64,000 nucleotides of DNA from Bigelowiella natans CCMP2755. Lineage: Eukaryota > Protista > Cercozoa. Position numbers and translations under genes: made by a program. The notes beneath the pieces are model-generated. The model made no database searches, was not told where the DNA came from, and saw only the letters and a list, made by a program, of their open reading frames with translations. Positions 1 through 11,485 of the stretch are shown one piece after another (the stretch's first letter is position 1; each line of letters opens with the position of its first letter). The stretch is from NCBI GenBank assembly GCA_000320545.1, contig ADNK01001625.1, positions 55,316 to 119,315 of the forward strand, read 5' to 3'.

Positions 1-36
1 AAAACAGCTCCACAAGTCTGGGGAAAAGAACAACAG

Positions 37-2385
37 ATGGCTTTGGATGCTGCGAGGGATGTGCTGAAGTCTTCGTCTTTGTGCATGCCTAAGTTCGAAC
101 ACATTGCCCGTGAGAGTCCATTCCTTGTGGATGTGGATGCGTCTAAATGTGCTGGTGGAGCTACTCTGTCTCAAGTAGTTGATGGGGTGGAGCGCCTCAC
201 ATGTTGCTTCAGCTTCACCTGGCGCAAACATCAGATGAAATGGCACGCAACAAGAAAAGAATTTGACAACGGTGCTAGGAGTCTGGACTGCTTCAGTGTC
301 TTCATCAAGGGATTTCCAACGCGTGCAAGAATGGATGCAAAGGTTGCCATGCACATGGTGGCACATGGACAAGATCAATTGCGCGAACCTCACACCAGAA
401 TCTCCGCAGCTTGTGACTCGTGCATGCTAGTGGGTGTTGAATGCAGAGAGGGCCCGAGCCACAAAAATGCGGATTGCATTGGTAGGCCTGGACACAGTGT
501 TGAAGATGATGCGGATGAAGAAACACTGGTCAATCTCTTCCCTCTCCACCATGCTTCGGCAATGCTCAAATGCTTTGGTGATGAATTGAAAAATGGCACC
601 TGCTTGAGCTGCAACCAACCGGCAGTTGGACACCATCCCACAGATGCAGAGGTTGAACTCACTTGCTCACAACTGTGTCATGATGTGGCGAAGAAGGTGG
701 GCTTTGACGAGTCCAAGTTTCGCATCCTTTTCAAAAGGACAAACACAAAAAACAAATCAAACCAGAGCAAGCTCACTCCTGAAGTTGATGCTGCGCGCTT
801 CGACGGGGACTCAATGATCCACCCGTGCTCCACGTTGGCGCATGAAGCAGATGAACACTTGGAGAACTGCAACACAATGGAACACGGAATGGAGTTCTCA
901 CCTTCACAGTCGGACAGTGTGGAGGTGGAGCTCAAGTGCGATGTGTCATCTGAGCGCCTACCTGCAGAACAACGGGCAGAGTTCACCAAAACATTCGCAG
1001 CTCTAGAAAACAAAGGCAATCCAAATCATGCTCTCACTACGGCACAATGCAAAATTGTGGACAACACCTTGTGCAAGTGCGGCGACTGTGAGAACGACGA
1101 CCACAGTGTCCCTTTGCTCATTGTGGTTCCTGATCAACATCGGACTGAAATCATGGACGCCTACCACATGACGAATCTTGCAAATCACAGATGTGCAAAT
1201 GACATGGCAACAAAAATCCTGCAAGTACATCACTGGAAAGGCTTGACGTGTTCATGCAAAAAACATGTTGCAACCTGTCAGGTGTGCATCAGAACAAAAT
1301 CTCGCATGAAGCAATTGCCTTGCAAGCAGCTACAGATGAGAGGAGCAATGGAAGCCGCATCGATTGATGCCATTGGACGCACAGAAGGAAAGTGTCACTG
1401 CACACTGAATGCGTGCATCTTGTCGATAGGACATGTTTTCGCAAAATGCTGCAAGAAACTTGACGCTAAAGTCATGGCAGAGTTTCTGTTCGACTTCATT
1501 GTCGTGTTTGGTGCACCTCGCAAGATCCTTACTGACCAGGGACCTGAATTTGTGAACAGCGTCATGTCACACTTGAAGAACAGATTCGGTTTTGCAAAAC
1601 TCACCACATCGAGTAAATCCAAAACGGGCAACTCACTAATTGAAAGAAAGAATGGAGTGCTTAATGACGGAACATTGGCACAGCTCACACAACAGTCTGA
1701 ATCGAGACACAATTGGCACAAAGAATTACCTCATGCTGTCTTCTCAGCTAATGCTTTGTTGCCTAATGCTCGAGGAAACTCGCACGCTAAGCTCCTGTTC
1801 GGGTTTCAACCCAAGTTGGAAGGAGACTTAAACGGCAAACGTGCACCTGTGAGAGAGGAGAAAGTCGGAGACGACATTGACTCTCGCATTCAAATTGTGA
1901 AGAAGATGAGACAGTTGTTCCTGACGGACAGATCTGAATGGAGATTCTTGAAAAACTTTGAACGCAATGACAAGATGGGGCAACTAAAACGACACAAAGT
2001 GGGGGATCTAGTGTGGTTGCACCGTGATGAGGACCGCAAAGGGCATCGTGTTGCTCCGCATTTCGCGCTGAAAAAGACAGGCCCCGTCCTGATCACAGCG
2101 AGCATTGGAGATTCCAACACTCACAGAGTGGAAGATCCTGAAACAAGTCATCGAAACGCAGTTCATGCAAAGCACTTGTCTCCCTTTGGCACCTTCACAG
2201 CATCACCGGAAGCTGCAGTGCCACCACAGGATGAAGCGTCTTCGTCGGAGAGTGATCAAGATCTGTTCAATGATTCATCGGGGGATGAGGAAGAAGAGGA
2301 TGATGCTGACATCAGTGCACGCAACATTCTGATGCACACTCGTACCCGCAAGGCACTTGATCGTGGAGCCTTCGTGTCACATTGA
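37..2385 (+). mobile_element. pol: Ty3/Gypsy LTR-retrotransposon pol, 3' part (RNase H + integrase), degenerate by missense hypermutation; continues upstream of the window
   Basis: RNase H motif VDVDASKCAGGATLSQ...HKNADCI; integrase Zn finger H-x6-H...CQVC; core SIDAIG / LTDQGPEF / IERKN (D,D,E); GPY/F-like KVGDLVWL...KKTGPVLI. RNaseH-then-IN order is Gypsy. Only one Tyr in 782 aa. Confidence 0.93.
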
Positions 2386-2483
2386 ACTTGCAATGGAAGT
2401 CCAAGTTTCTGAGTGTTCCGTTCAGTTTGTGCAAGTGCACACAGATTGTTGCATCAAGTTAGTTTTGCGACGTCCGCAAATTC

Positions 2484-2497
2484 AAAAAAGGGGGGAA
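2484..2497 (+). promoter_or_regulatory. Polypurine tract of the LTR retrotransposon
   Basis: aaaaaaggggggaa about 100 nt after the pol stop, immediately followed by TGATGTGACG. Confidence 0.8.
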
Positions 2498-2809
2498 TGA
2501 TGTGACGGCGGAAAATTCAAAGGAATTTGACCGTTGAAAGTGGTCAATCAAGTCAAGTTGATCCCGTTGAAATGCCCTGCAGTTTTGGCAGTTTTGGGTT
2601 CAGTTGGTGCTGTCAGTTGATGAGCAAATTGAGTCATCAAATGGGAAGCAAGTGGTTTGGGAAAACCAAGTTTGTGTGCACGTAGCTGCCTCGATTGGTC
2701 AATGGCAGCGAACCCGCATCTGGCAGTCAGTTCGCTAGAAGTTTGAAAGCGGTCAGTGTGTTTGTTTGAGCGTGCACATGCGTGTGTTCTGAAGTCACCA
2801 ATGTCATCA
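2498..2809 (+). mobile_element. Probable 3' LTR (start 2498 or 2501; end uncertain)
   Basis: Begins with TG directly after the PPT. A possible terminal inverted end ...GTCATCA lies at 2803-2809. The 5' LTR is outside the window, so the end cannot be confirmed. Confidence 0.45.
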
Positions 2810-3028
2810 GGGTTTCATTGTTCATTGGAAAGTTTGATTGTTTTTGCTGAGTGAGCGGCGACGAGCTTGCTAGTTTGGCAGAGACAGAAGCCGACACTGG
2901 GAGGATGCTCTCAGTGGTCGCATGCTGTGCCAGTGTGGCATGGCTAGATGGGGCGGAACACACACACAATGCTTGCTCCAGTGCTGATCATTTTTCTTTG
3001 AGCTCTGGAGCTGAGCTCTGCAGGCCAC

Positions 3029-3057
3029 CTAGCTAGCTAGCTAGCTAGCTAGCTAGT
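3029..3057. repeat. (CTAG)n microsatellite within the TpA-depleted zone
   Basis: ctagctagctagctagctagctagctag. Shorter GCTAGCTAG runs recur at about 5640, 9802, 21299, 21438, 38794, 40921, 41628, 41752 and 47131. Confidence 0.9.
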
Positions 3058-3800
3058 CATGCTGGCATGATCTCTTGATCTGATGACTGCCAAACTAGAC
3101 GATGTCGTCGATCTGGACACGTGCTCGTGGTTGTGTGCGCCAGTCCAGCAGCGTGGTCGTGAAACAACGCATTGTTCACACGGCCCTCGTTTTTTGCAAA
3201 GGCCAGAGCGGCCGATTGACGCATCAGCGGAGGATTCATGAAGGTGCCGTTCCACTGACGTCCAGACGTGTTGATGTGTTCTGTTGTTTCGTGTGGTGCT
3301 CAGCTTGTGCACGCAGTGATCGCTATCAACCTGGCTGGCTAGCTGGCCTAGTGCCAGAGTGGCGCGCAATGCGAAGTTCAGTGTCAACACCCACATCACC
3401 AGAACACACCAACCTGGCAACCATGATCATCTCAATTTTCAATTTCAAACTGTGCACAAACTTCGCGTTTGTCTTGTCCGTGCGTCCCAGCGTTCTGGCG
3501 TTGCCTGGTTGTGCCAGTCTGGCAGCCTGCATGGCTCCAGGCGGTCTGTGCATGGCCAGCTGGAAGTCTGGAAGTGTGGCTCCAGTGTTGTCTCTCAGCA
3601 CACGTGTGTGCAAGTCTGGAAGTTGTCAATTCACAGTGATGTTGATCCTCGCGACCATTTTTTTGTGCGCAGTGACGCATTGCTAGCTAGATCTAGCCAG
3701 ATTGGTCACGTCCAGAGCCGTCAAGCCGTGATGGATGAACAAACCAGCAAGCCCTCCCAATTAGATTACAAGTGCTACAAATCTCGTAAAATCCCCTTTG

Positions 3801-3875
3801 TTTTCCATGAAAAAGTACGCGGATGTGTTGTCGTCACAATTTTCCATGAAAAAGCACGCAAATGTGTTGTCGTCA
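3801..3875 (+). repeat. Tandem 36-bp duplication upstream of mitochondrial L9, containing TGTTGTCG
   Basis: ttttccatgaaaaagTacgcGGatgtgttgtcgtca / ttttccatgaaaaagCacgcAAatgtgttgtcgtca. Confidence 0.85.
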
Positions 3876-3901
3876 TTCAAAAGCCAGCCTTCTTAGCATT
3901 A

Positions 3902-5359
3902 ATGGCCGCCTCACTCATGCGAAGTGGTGCGTGTTTCCGCGTTCTTGGGAAAGCACGCGTAACCCCATTCGCATCCATTCCGGTTTGTTCCAACACAAGG
4001 GCGTTCAAGCGATTTTTTGCCATCAGTTTGAAGAAGGTGGACAAAACATTGGATGTCATACTGCTGGAGGTACCCTCACGTCAAATAGCCGTCGTGCAGA
4101 ACAATGCGAAATGTTAAACGTTTGCTTAAATCAGGAACAAAAAGGTTTCGGTTTTAAGGGCGAGCTCGTGAATCTGAAAAGAGGGTAGTACTCATAAACG
4201 GCAAAACAACCGCATGGAAAATCCTGAAATTGCTTTCAACTTTGCTCATCCCACCTCTCTACATATCAATTCAGACATGCTAGGCAATTGATTTCGCATC
4301 AGCAAGCTGTCTACGCTTCAGAATTCAACAGAAATAGATTTATGGTGGAAATTTCGGTGAGTGGAATGTTTCTAATGATGATATTGATGGTGACCCCCCC
4401 CAATGTGAATTATTATTTCATCAGAAGGAGGAACTGAAAGCCAGGGAAGAACGTGCATTTTTGGACTCGGTTCGATTTAAAATATGTCTGCATCTGTACA
4501 ATTACAGAAGTTCGCACCACCACTAAGCTTGATGATCCTCTAATTTTGATGCTTTTGCAGCTGAAACGTCGATTTTCCAAATTGATTGTCAAGATAGACC
4601 GCGGTGCTGATCCATTGGATGGTAAGTAACACCATATCTAGTTACAGAGTGGCTATTACGCTAACTGATTGTATTTATGCCTCTTAGAAAAACGACATAA
4701 GCGTGGAGTTTCTCTCTCTGATATTCAGCGCCACATTGAATCAAAGTACTAGTTCTCACCTAGGCATGCCAATGGGATGGATAGTGCCTGTCAAATGAGA
4801 GGGTTTTCTTTCTGAGAGGAATTCAGTTTAAGGATACGATTTTCTAATTTTGAGTCATAACGCAGGTATTATGTTTTTAATATTCACAAACATGACTTCA
4901 GGTTCAATATGGACATTCCAATAGATTATCTATTCTTGCCTGGGAAAGAGCCGACCGAGGAAGTTATTATCGAAGGAGAGAACCTTCCTAACCTGGAAAA
5001 GAAGGACACCAAAAAAGATGATATCAGTGAGGAAAGTTCAGAAGATATGGAGATTGAGGTGCATACTTAACTATTTGTGGGCTTGTTATTCAAGATGCGT
5101 TAACTTTCCTTTGCCTATAGGTCCCAGATGACCCAATGATTGCAGGGGGGAAAATACATGGGGTAATAAATACAGAAGCTAACAAGATACCAATGTTTAT
5201 CACTAAGCTATCTATTTGTACTAGTTCGGCTCTTTCGAAATAAAGGTTAAAGTTGCTGGGTATCTGGTACCCCTTCAAGTTGTCATACACAGATGGGAAC
5301 CTCCAGAAGATGATGAGTTTCTTGAAGCAGCAGCAGCAGGAGACGCTGCGTCCGCGTGA
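3902..5359 (+). CDS. MRPL9: Mitochondrial ribosomal protein L9 (bL9m), multi-exon
   Basis: Spliced reading: R/S/A-rich presequence MAASLMRSGACFRVLGKAR..., then LDVILLE|EQKGFGFKGELVNLKRG|HARQLISHQQAVYASEFN (L9 N-domain). C-domain-like GVSLSDIQRHIESK|FNMDIPIDYLFLP. GT-AG introns. The last exons are less certain. Confidence 0.82.
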
Positions 5360-6060
5360 TCTAGTGGTAATTGTAGTGACGGGGTGCTCCAAAGCGCATA
5401 CGTTTTCTGCAACATGCAGTGCAGATCGACATGAGTTGTAAAAATTAACTGAGTTGCAAAGAAAAGATCCATACGACAGGCGTAGCATTCTTACCTGAGT
5501 CTAGGAGTGTCTAGGTGTGTCCCATGCGCATGCACATGGTCTGTGCGATGCGCTGCGCTGCTAGCGGTACAGCTACGTACACATCTAGACATATACGTGC
5601 GTACGTACTAAGCTACTAAGCTAGTAAGCATGACATCCACTAGCTAGCTAGTCCAGACATATATGTAACTGGAGCACGCACGCCACAGCACGCTTACATG
5701 CATGATCCATGCTACATGTAGCATAGAAATCACATGTTTTATCAATGCTAATGGCTAACGTGCCTATACGACGTAGATTGACAGCTGAAGCACACGTACA
5801 ATCTAGTGTGCATGAGCTCTACTAGTCTAGAGCTGTCGACAGTGCTCGTGGAAGCAGAGACAAAGAGGACGGATCGTCACTAAATGATGGGGTCACTCTC
5901 TATCTCTATGCTGCTCGCATTAAACCCAGTAAATTTCTTTTTGCACAAACATGGTTAACAAGTTCCAATCGCTAGATCGCATGACAGTGTAGCAATGGCC
6001 TTCTCAACGCCGATGATGAAATCAATATGTACCGTGACAGATGTGCAACAATAAATATAA

Positions 6061-7822
6061 TCATGAGAGTTTGGAGATCGTCTCGATGGCTTCTTCTGCG
6101 CTGGAGACAAATTGGACCATCTGTAGCATCTGTTTTACAAAAAAATAATAAAGAATGAGTGATATAACTTCACTGTGACCTAGGGAACATGATGGAGGCA
6201 AATGATCAAAATTTAAAGTGTTGCTGTTTTTTCGGCTCCTGCTACTGGCGCTGCTGCTGATGATAATGGAGATTATGCTCATTGGGACCTGCTCTGGAAT
6301 CTTTAATTTTGCTTGTACTCCCTGAATACAGTAGTAATGAGTCATCTATGCACACCATCATCATGATGCTTACTATTACTACTACGACTACTACTACTGT
6401 TGTTGTCTTTCTCAATCAATCAATAACACCTTAAGAATATCCTCCCAAGGATCTTTGAAAGCTATAATAGGGGGGGGACTGCTCGCCGCCAGGTTGGAGG
6501 AAAGAGGGAATAGAGAGAAAGAGAGAAAGAAAGGAAGAGTAGAGTTGTACGTCAGCAGTACTTATATAGTTATTGTGTGAGTATTAAATAGTTGTAGCTG
6601 ATTTTTTTTTTAATGCCATAAATGAATGAATCCGATAATTCATAACTCTTCGTCATCATACTTCTGTCCTGCAAGTGGTGCGAGCACGGCCGTATTCCAC
6701 GCCATTACTAATTCGGTCAAAGTGCCTAGAGACCCTGATGATTTTAATTTTATTACATCATAGATGATCGATGCTTGTGCAATCTGACGAAGGAAGCTCA
6801 AATAAAATCATTCCTTTTTTGGAACATATCGATGCTTTTTGAAATACGAATTCTTCATTTTCTGCGTTGCAATCATCATAATTTTCAATGGTTCATATCA
6901 TCCTTTGTCGTCGTCGTTCTGCTGCTGCCTCCTCATGTCGCCCAATTGTTATTTGCTACTTAACTTCGCCTAGGCGACGACGACATCATTATCATCATCA
7001 TCATCATCATTTAACTGCTAAAGCTATTGTACCACCTGGGAGGACAACGAATGCAGAAGCTTTTCCAACTAGTGTTGCGAGTCTCTCCTACAACAAGAAA
7101 GTAATTTCACCACTTAATCTCGAAGATCTTGTTATCGGGGTCATCATCATCATTGCTCGCAATTGACACTAACAGGTAGCAGTAATAGACTCGGGAATGA
7201 TATATTATCACTACTACTACTACTACAAGCACCTCTATTGTGTCCTCCTCTAGCTTGTGAGTGAGATACTTGTTGCCTCCCTTGCGCATAGGAAATGCCT
7301 TGGGGACAAGAACGCCACGAATCTTTGCCCCCTCTACTTTACGGGCTCCTTTCGTAGTAGCCTCCATCAAACCCATGTATCCGCCATTCATCTGAATCAT
7401 GAGAGGGAGATGTGTATCATCACAATTATCCTCTTATTATTATTCAAAACATGATTTTCTTAGCTTTGCAGTAGTAGTTAATAAATACGATATGGAATCC
7501 TTTCTTGGCCAAGGCTTCTCCAACTTTTACAGCCATTGCGTAGATGGGACTCTGTAGAAATGAACGAATAATTTAATTGTTGGTAGTTAGAAGATGTCGA
7601 TTATTATATGAGATGATAATTCATGCCGAACAATTAAAGTACATCTTCCTTCAGGCCGCTGGAACCAAAGACTGAAACCGTGCGCTATTAGTAGGACGAA
7701 AGAGGATCGTGTTAATCAATAAAAAGGAAAGGTACAAATCACTTTTTGCAGCCAAATCATCATCACCATCATTTACATTTTTAAATAACACAAACACACA
7801 CAGAGACAGACAGACACAATGT

Positions 7823-7863
<41 letters not shown>

Positions 7864-8507
7864 TATGAAACACTGAAGATATCGTATGTTATCTTTACAG
7901 ATTTTGCGAAGTCCCCTTCCTTAAGATCCACATCGGAGTTGGAATTATTGGATGTTTGAGAAACAGACTGTTTTTTCTTTGGATTTAGAACCCTGAGTAA
8001 GTAGGATAAGAAGGGGAAACGATTCGGTGACATCCCTCTAATTTCTAACGATGGACGGACTAAGAATATGTAATATATCTTAATTTCAATTACCCGTGCG
8101 TTGTTATCAGTTGGGCAGCGGCTTTTTTTGCCTCCTCCGAGTTCTGAATAGTCTCTTCTCCTCCATTAGTAATGGAAACCTAGGAATGCGACGATGTTAA
8201 ATATTACCATCATTACCCTTCTAACCTCGTAAGAGTTGATGACGATGGCTATGATGATGAAGATGAAAATACTTGTGAATATTCTTTGATAATCATGACA
8301 AAGATAAAAATTATGTCTTATTGTCTAAAGCTTCCTCAAATCCTACTTCCCCTACCATCATCTTGTCCAACTTAGCATACGCTTCCTTTGCCTTTCCTGA
8401 CAAAATTAATTCCACAATGAATACTGTATCATCATATTTTCAAGATCTAATGTATAAGTACCATAGGTATCAAGAAGGACTGCGCACGTTTCCTCCAGAA
8501 GCTCTCG

Positions 8508-8545
<38 letters not shown>

Positions 8546-8950
8546 GTGTGGTTCTTCTTCCAATTGGTTGCTGAAAGCTTGTGATTGTATTGTGCGTTAT
8601 ACTATCAACCTGAGTTTTGATTTTATATTTGTCAGCTTTCGAATCCTCAAGAGATTTGAGCCTTTTGATGTAATCATTCTTTTCTTCGATATACATCTTG
8701 AGATCATTGGTCAGTCTATTCGGATAGCGAAGAAGAATGATGAGAACGTAGAAGGATCATCAACAATCACTTTCCCACCTCTTGCAAGCCCCGGTTTGAA
8801 TACGTAACTGCCGAATAACTTGCTTTACGTCACCCTGTGAACAGTGGTGGAAATCAGCAAGAGAAAGCAGGAGGTGAAAAAGGTGGTGAGTGAGCATGAA
8901 GGATGGTATGGCATTGCAAGATGATTAGCAAAAAAAGATGGGCCAACCAT
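6061..8950 (-). CDS. Fusion protein: N-terminal tubulin-binding cofactor A (TBCA) + C-terminal LOG/SLOG-family nucleotide-binding domain
   Basis: Exons M|GDVKQVIRQLRIQTGACKR|LTNDLKMYIEEKNDYIKRLKSLEDSKADKYKIKTQ|RELLEETCAVLLDTY|GKAKEAYAKLDKMM (TBCA). Linker exons at 8179-8094 and 7992-7899. Then RTVSVFGSS|..VGEALAKKGFHI|MNGGYMGLMEA..|ERLATLVGKASAFVVLPG|SLGTLTELVMAWN (LOG PGxxGT motif), stop at 6061. Splice phases are consistent. Confidence 0.8.
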
Positions 8951-9120
8951 GTTGCCTTGTTGCTGTTTGATAAATTCTTCTTAGTGCTTCTTGTTCGTAA
9001 TCGTCCAATCTCGGTAGTAGAACTACTTACTACTATACTCCTCCTCCTCTCCTGGTTATCCTTGTTAAGAAGCTTCCGGGGAAGTTGATCAGTGGCGCGT
9101 CAATAATCAATCTAGGTTGT

Positions 9121-9177
9121 TTGTTGTCGCAGTGGGAAATCACTGGGTTTTTTGTTGTCGCAGTGGGAAATCACTGG
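9121..9177. repeat. Direct repeat (26 bp x2, period 31) with internal hairpin, upstream of the TBCA-LOG gene
   Basis: ttgttgtcgcagtgggaaatcactgg at 9121 and 9152; each copy contains cagtg-ggaaat-cactg. Confidence 0.9.
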
Positions 9178-10372
9178 TACTAAGTATTTTCTAGGAGGAA
9201 CACAACACATTTTTTAGAAAACGAAATGGAATTTATTGCTGCGATAACTACACATCCTCTCCTCATCACAATGTTCCTTGGCGCACACATGAACTTCCTG
9301 CCACAATCTGCAATTCAATGATCTAGGGTGCCCGAAAAACATCTTGGACATTTTGGCCCAGAACCGTAGAACCTCATCGCAGGAGCGAAACGACCAACGT
9401 TTCACCTCGCGTCGATCACGGTTTTGGCAGTGGTGTCGGACAGGCGCTGCCACATGATCACTGCAATTGTTGCAGATTGGAAGGAGCGTGCAACTGCTAA
9501 CGACTTCGTGGCAATCAAATGAGAGAGGAAGGAGTCGGGGTCGCAGTGCCAGAGTGGATTGCACAGGAGAGCGGACAAAATCGTTTCGCACATTGCAAGT
9601 CTAGAAGTGTCTTGTCACACGACTGTGGAGATGTGGTTTTTCATCATTTTTCATTGTTTGTTGTCAGGACTGGAGGAGAGAGGCGCAAATCAACTGGCTT
9701 CCCATTCGGGGCCTCCACAGCTCGCACGACAAAGTCGCGCAACGAGTCACATGCTAGCATGTTGCCATCTTTCGCCATGATGGGGCGCTCGGTCTTTGCC
9801 ACTAGCTAGCTAGACCAGGCCACACGGTTGCATCTTCACGCATCTAGGCATGCACGTCCACAAAATTGTGACAAAATGTGCACGAGAACACACACCTAGA
9901 TTGGACGACATGTGTGTAGCTCCGGCTGCTGAAGCTGAAGTGCTGGACATTTCTGTTGTTTTGACTGCTGCTGTGCAACGCATGCTGGCATTGTGGCATG
10001 GCGGCTGCTCTAGTGCTTGGTGCGCACAAATCGCATGCATGCGACGGATGTGACAAATGTGCAAAAAAAAAAAGTCGTTGTCATCGCAGTGTAGCTTTGC
10101 AAAGCTGCGACAACTACCGCGCTCAAATTGTAGCGTTTGTTTGTTGATGCGCATGCGTCGAGATCGATGTGGTGGACAGCACGTTCCCGTGCGGCGCTGA
10201 TGACTACGGTACGTGTTGACTAGCTTAGCTGCAGTTGTGATGCACCAGCAGGCTGAGTATGAGACAGACTGAGAAAGAGGGGATCTTCATCAATCATGTC
10301 GACGTAATAGCCATCTCAGGCATAACTTAGCTTGTTAAATTTATACTTTGATTCCTATCAATTGACTATAGT

Positions 10373-10686
10373 TTAAAGAACTGATCGTAAAGTCTCCAAC
10401 ACCTCCTTTATTTCTGGGTCGCTAGCGTACCTGTATCATAATCAATGATTCGATTCGTATATAAATTCAATAGATGTGAAAAATTAAAGTGCCATGTTCT
10501 CGCCGCTTAGAATATTATTTACTTGGCAAAAGCTGCAGGGCCATTTGCTTGCATGTCTTGCACTGCTGCCATTATCTTTGGGTTAGAGGCGGCCTGACGA
10601 TTAAATAGTGTCGAATTCAATTATGGCTTCCATACTATGTCAAAACAAAGAAAATATCAATACATATAACAACGTATTTACACAAG

Positions 10687-10723
<37 letters not shown>

Positions 10724-11449
10724 CTATTGTATGATGACTCTGTGAGAACGGAGAGTTCTTGTATCAAAGTAATTTTACGGCAGCTTCTTTTCACCACCTT
10801 CTGTATAGCTCCCATTGCTTTTGGGTTGGACATGACCTGATACACCACATACACATTGTTCATATTTATCCGTTCATCAACTCATGGTAAATGCATGAAT
10901 AATATTATGGGAGCACAAACTCAATATGATCGAATTTGTTTTTTACAAATAGCGAACCTTTTGTAGAAATTGCTGGAACTCGGGACCTTGTGGCATGCCT
11001 CCTCCCATCCCCGCGCCCCCCCCCCCCCCTCCTCCTCCTCCTCCTCCTGGAAATCCACCTGCACCGCCGAACCCCGGGATACCACCAAAACCAGGCATAC
11101 CACCAAACCCAGGCATTCCACCAAACCCACCTCCACCACCACCACCACCACCACCACCACCACCTCCAAAAGGGTTGCTTCTGTTTATTCATTGGAGAAT
11201 TCACATCATCGTGTAATAACAAACATAGATCATCAGTGCGATAGCATATAGGTCAGTCAGCAGCAGGATTAGAGTAGTAGTGTGTCAAAAGTAAAGAAAG
11301 AAGAGGAAGAGGAGAGCAAAATTAAAGGGGGGAGTGATGATGTTTATAATGAGAAGAACAGAGAGGAAGAAAGTGGTACTATATATGTGACAGCATCATA
11401 TTCACACATGCGACAAACAGTCTACATAGTGTCTATTGTGTACTCTCAT

Positions 11450-11485
<36 letters not shown>

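Noticed and set aside
37-2385. Alternative genetic code as the cause of the missing tyrosines
   Set aside because: Neighbouring host genes use TAT/TAC normally at conserved Tyr positions, and the TpA loss extends to non-coding DNA and all codon positions.
37-2385. Fungal-type RIP, 5mC decay or ADAR/RT editing as the cause
   Set aside because: RIP and 5mC decay would increase TpA/TpG via C->T and create stops. RNA editing would be one-stranded and favour UAG. Here both strands are affected and TAG/CTA is spared.
2727-3686. Many overlapping His/Cys-rich ORFs (also 9214-10154, 20941-21310, 38605-39183, 40995-41286)
   Set aside because: These are a by-product of TAA/TAG loss in TpA-depleted DNA; no recognisable domains.
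3832-3838. CGTCACA as the inverted-repeat end of a 1.3-kb LTR starting TGTGACG
   Set aside because: It lies in the duplicated promoter motif only about 60 nt from the MRPL9 ATG, and it cannot be verified without the 5' LTR or TSD.
9121-9177. CRISPR-like repeat with hairpin
   Set aside because: Only two units, a 5-nt spacer, eukaryotic context and no cas genes.
10905-11251. Poly-Pro, poly-His, poly-Trp and poly-Thr ORFs
   Set aside because: These are alternative frames or the antisense of the Gly-rich GGMP exon of the STI1 gene.
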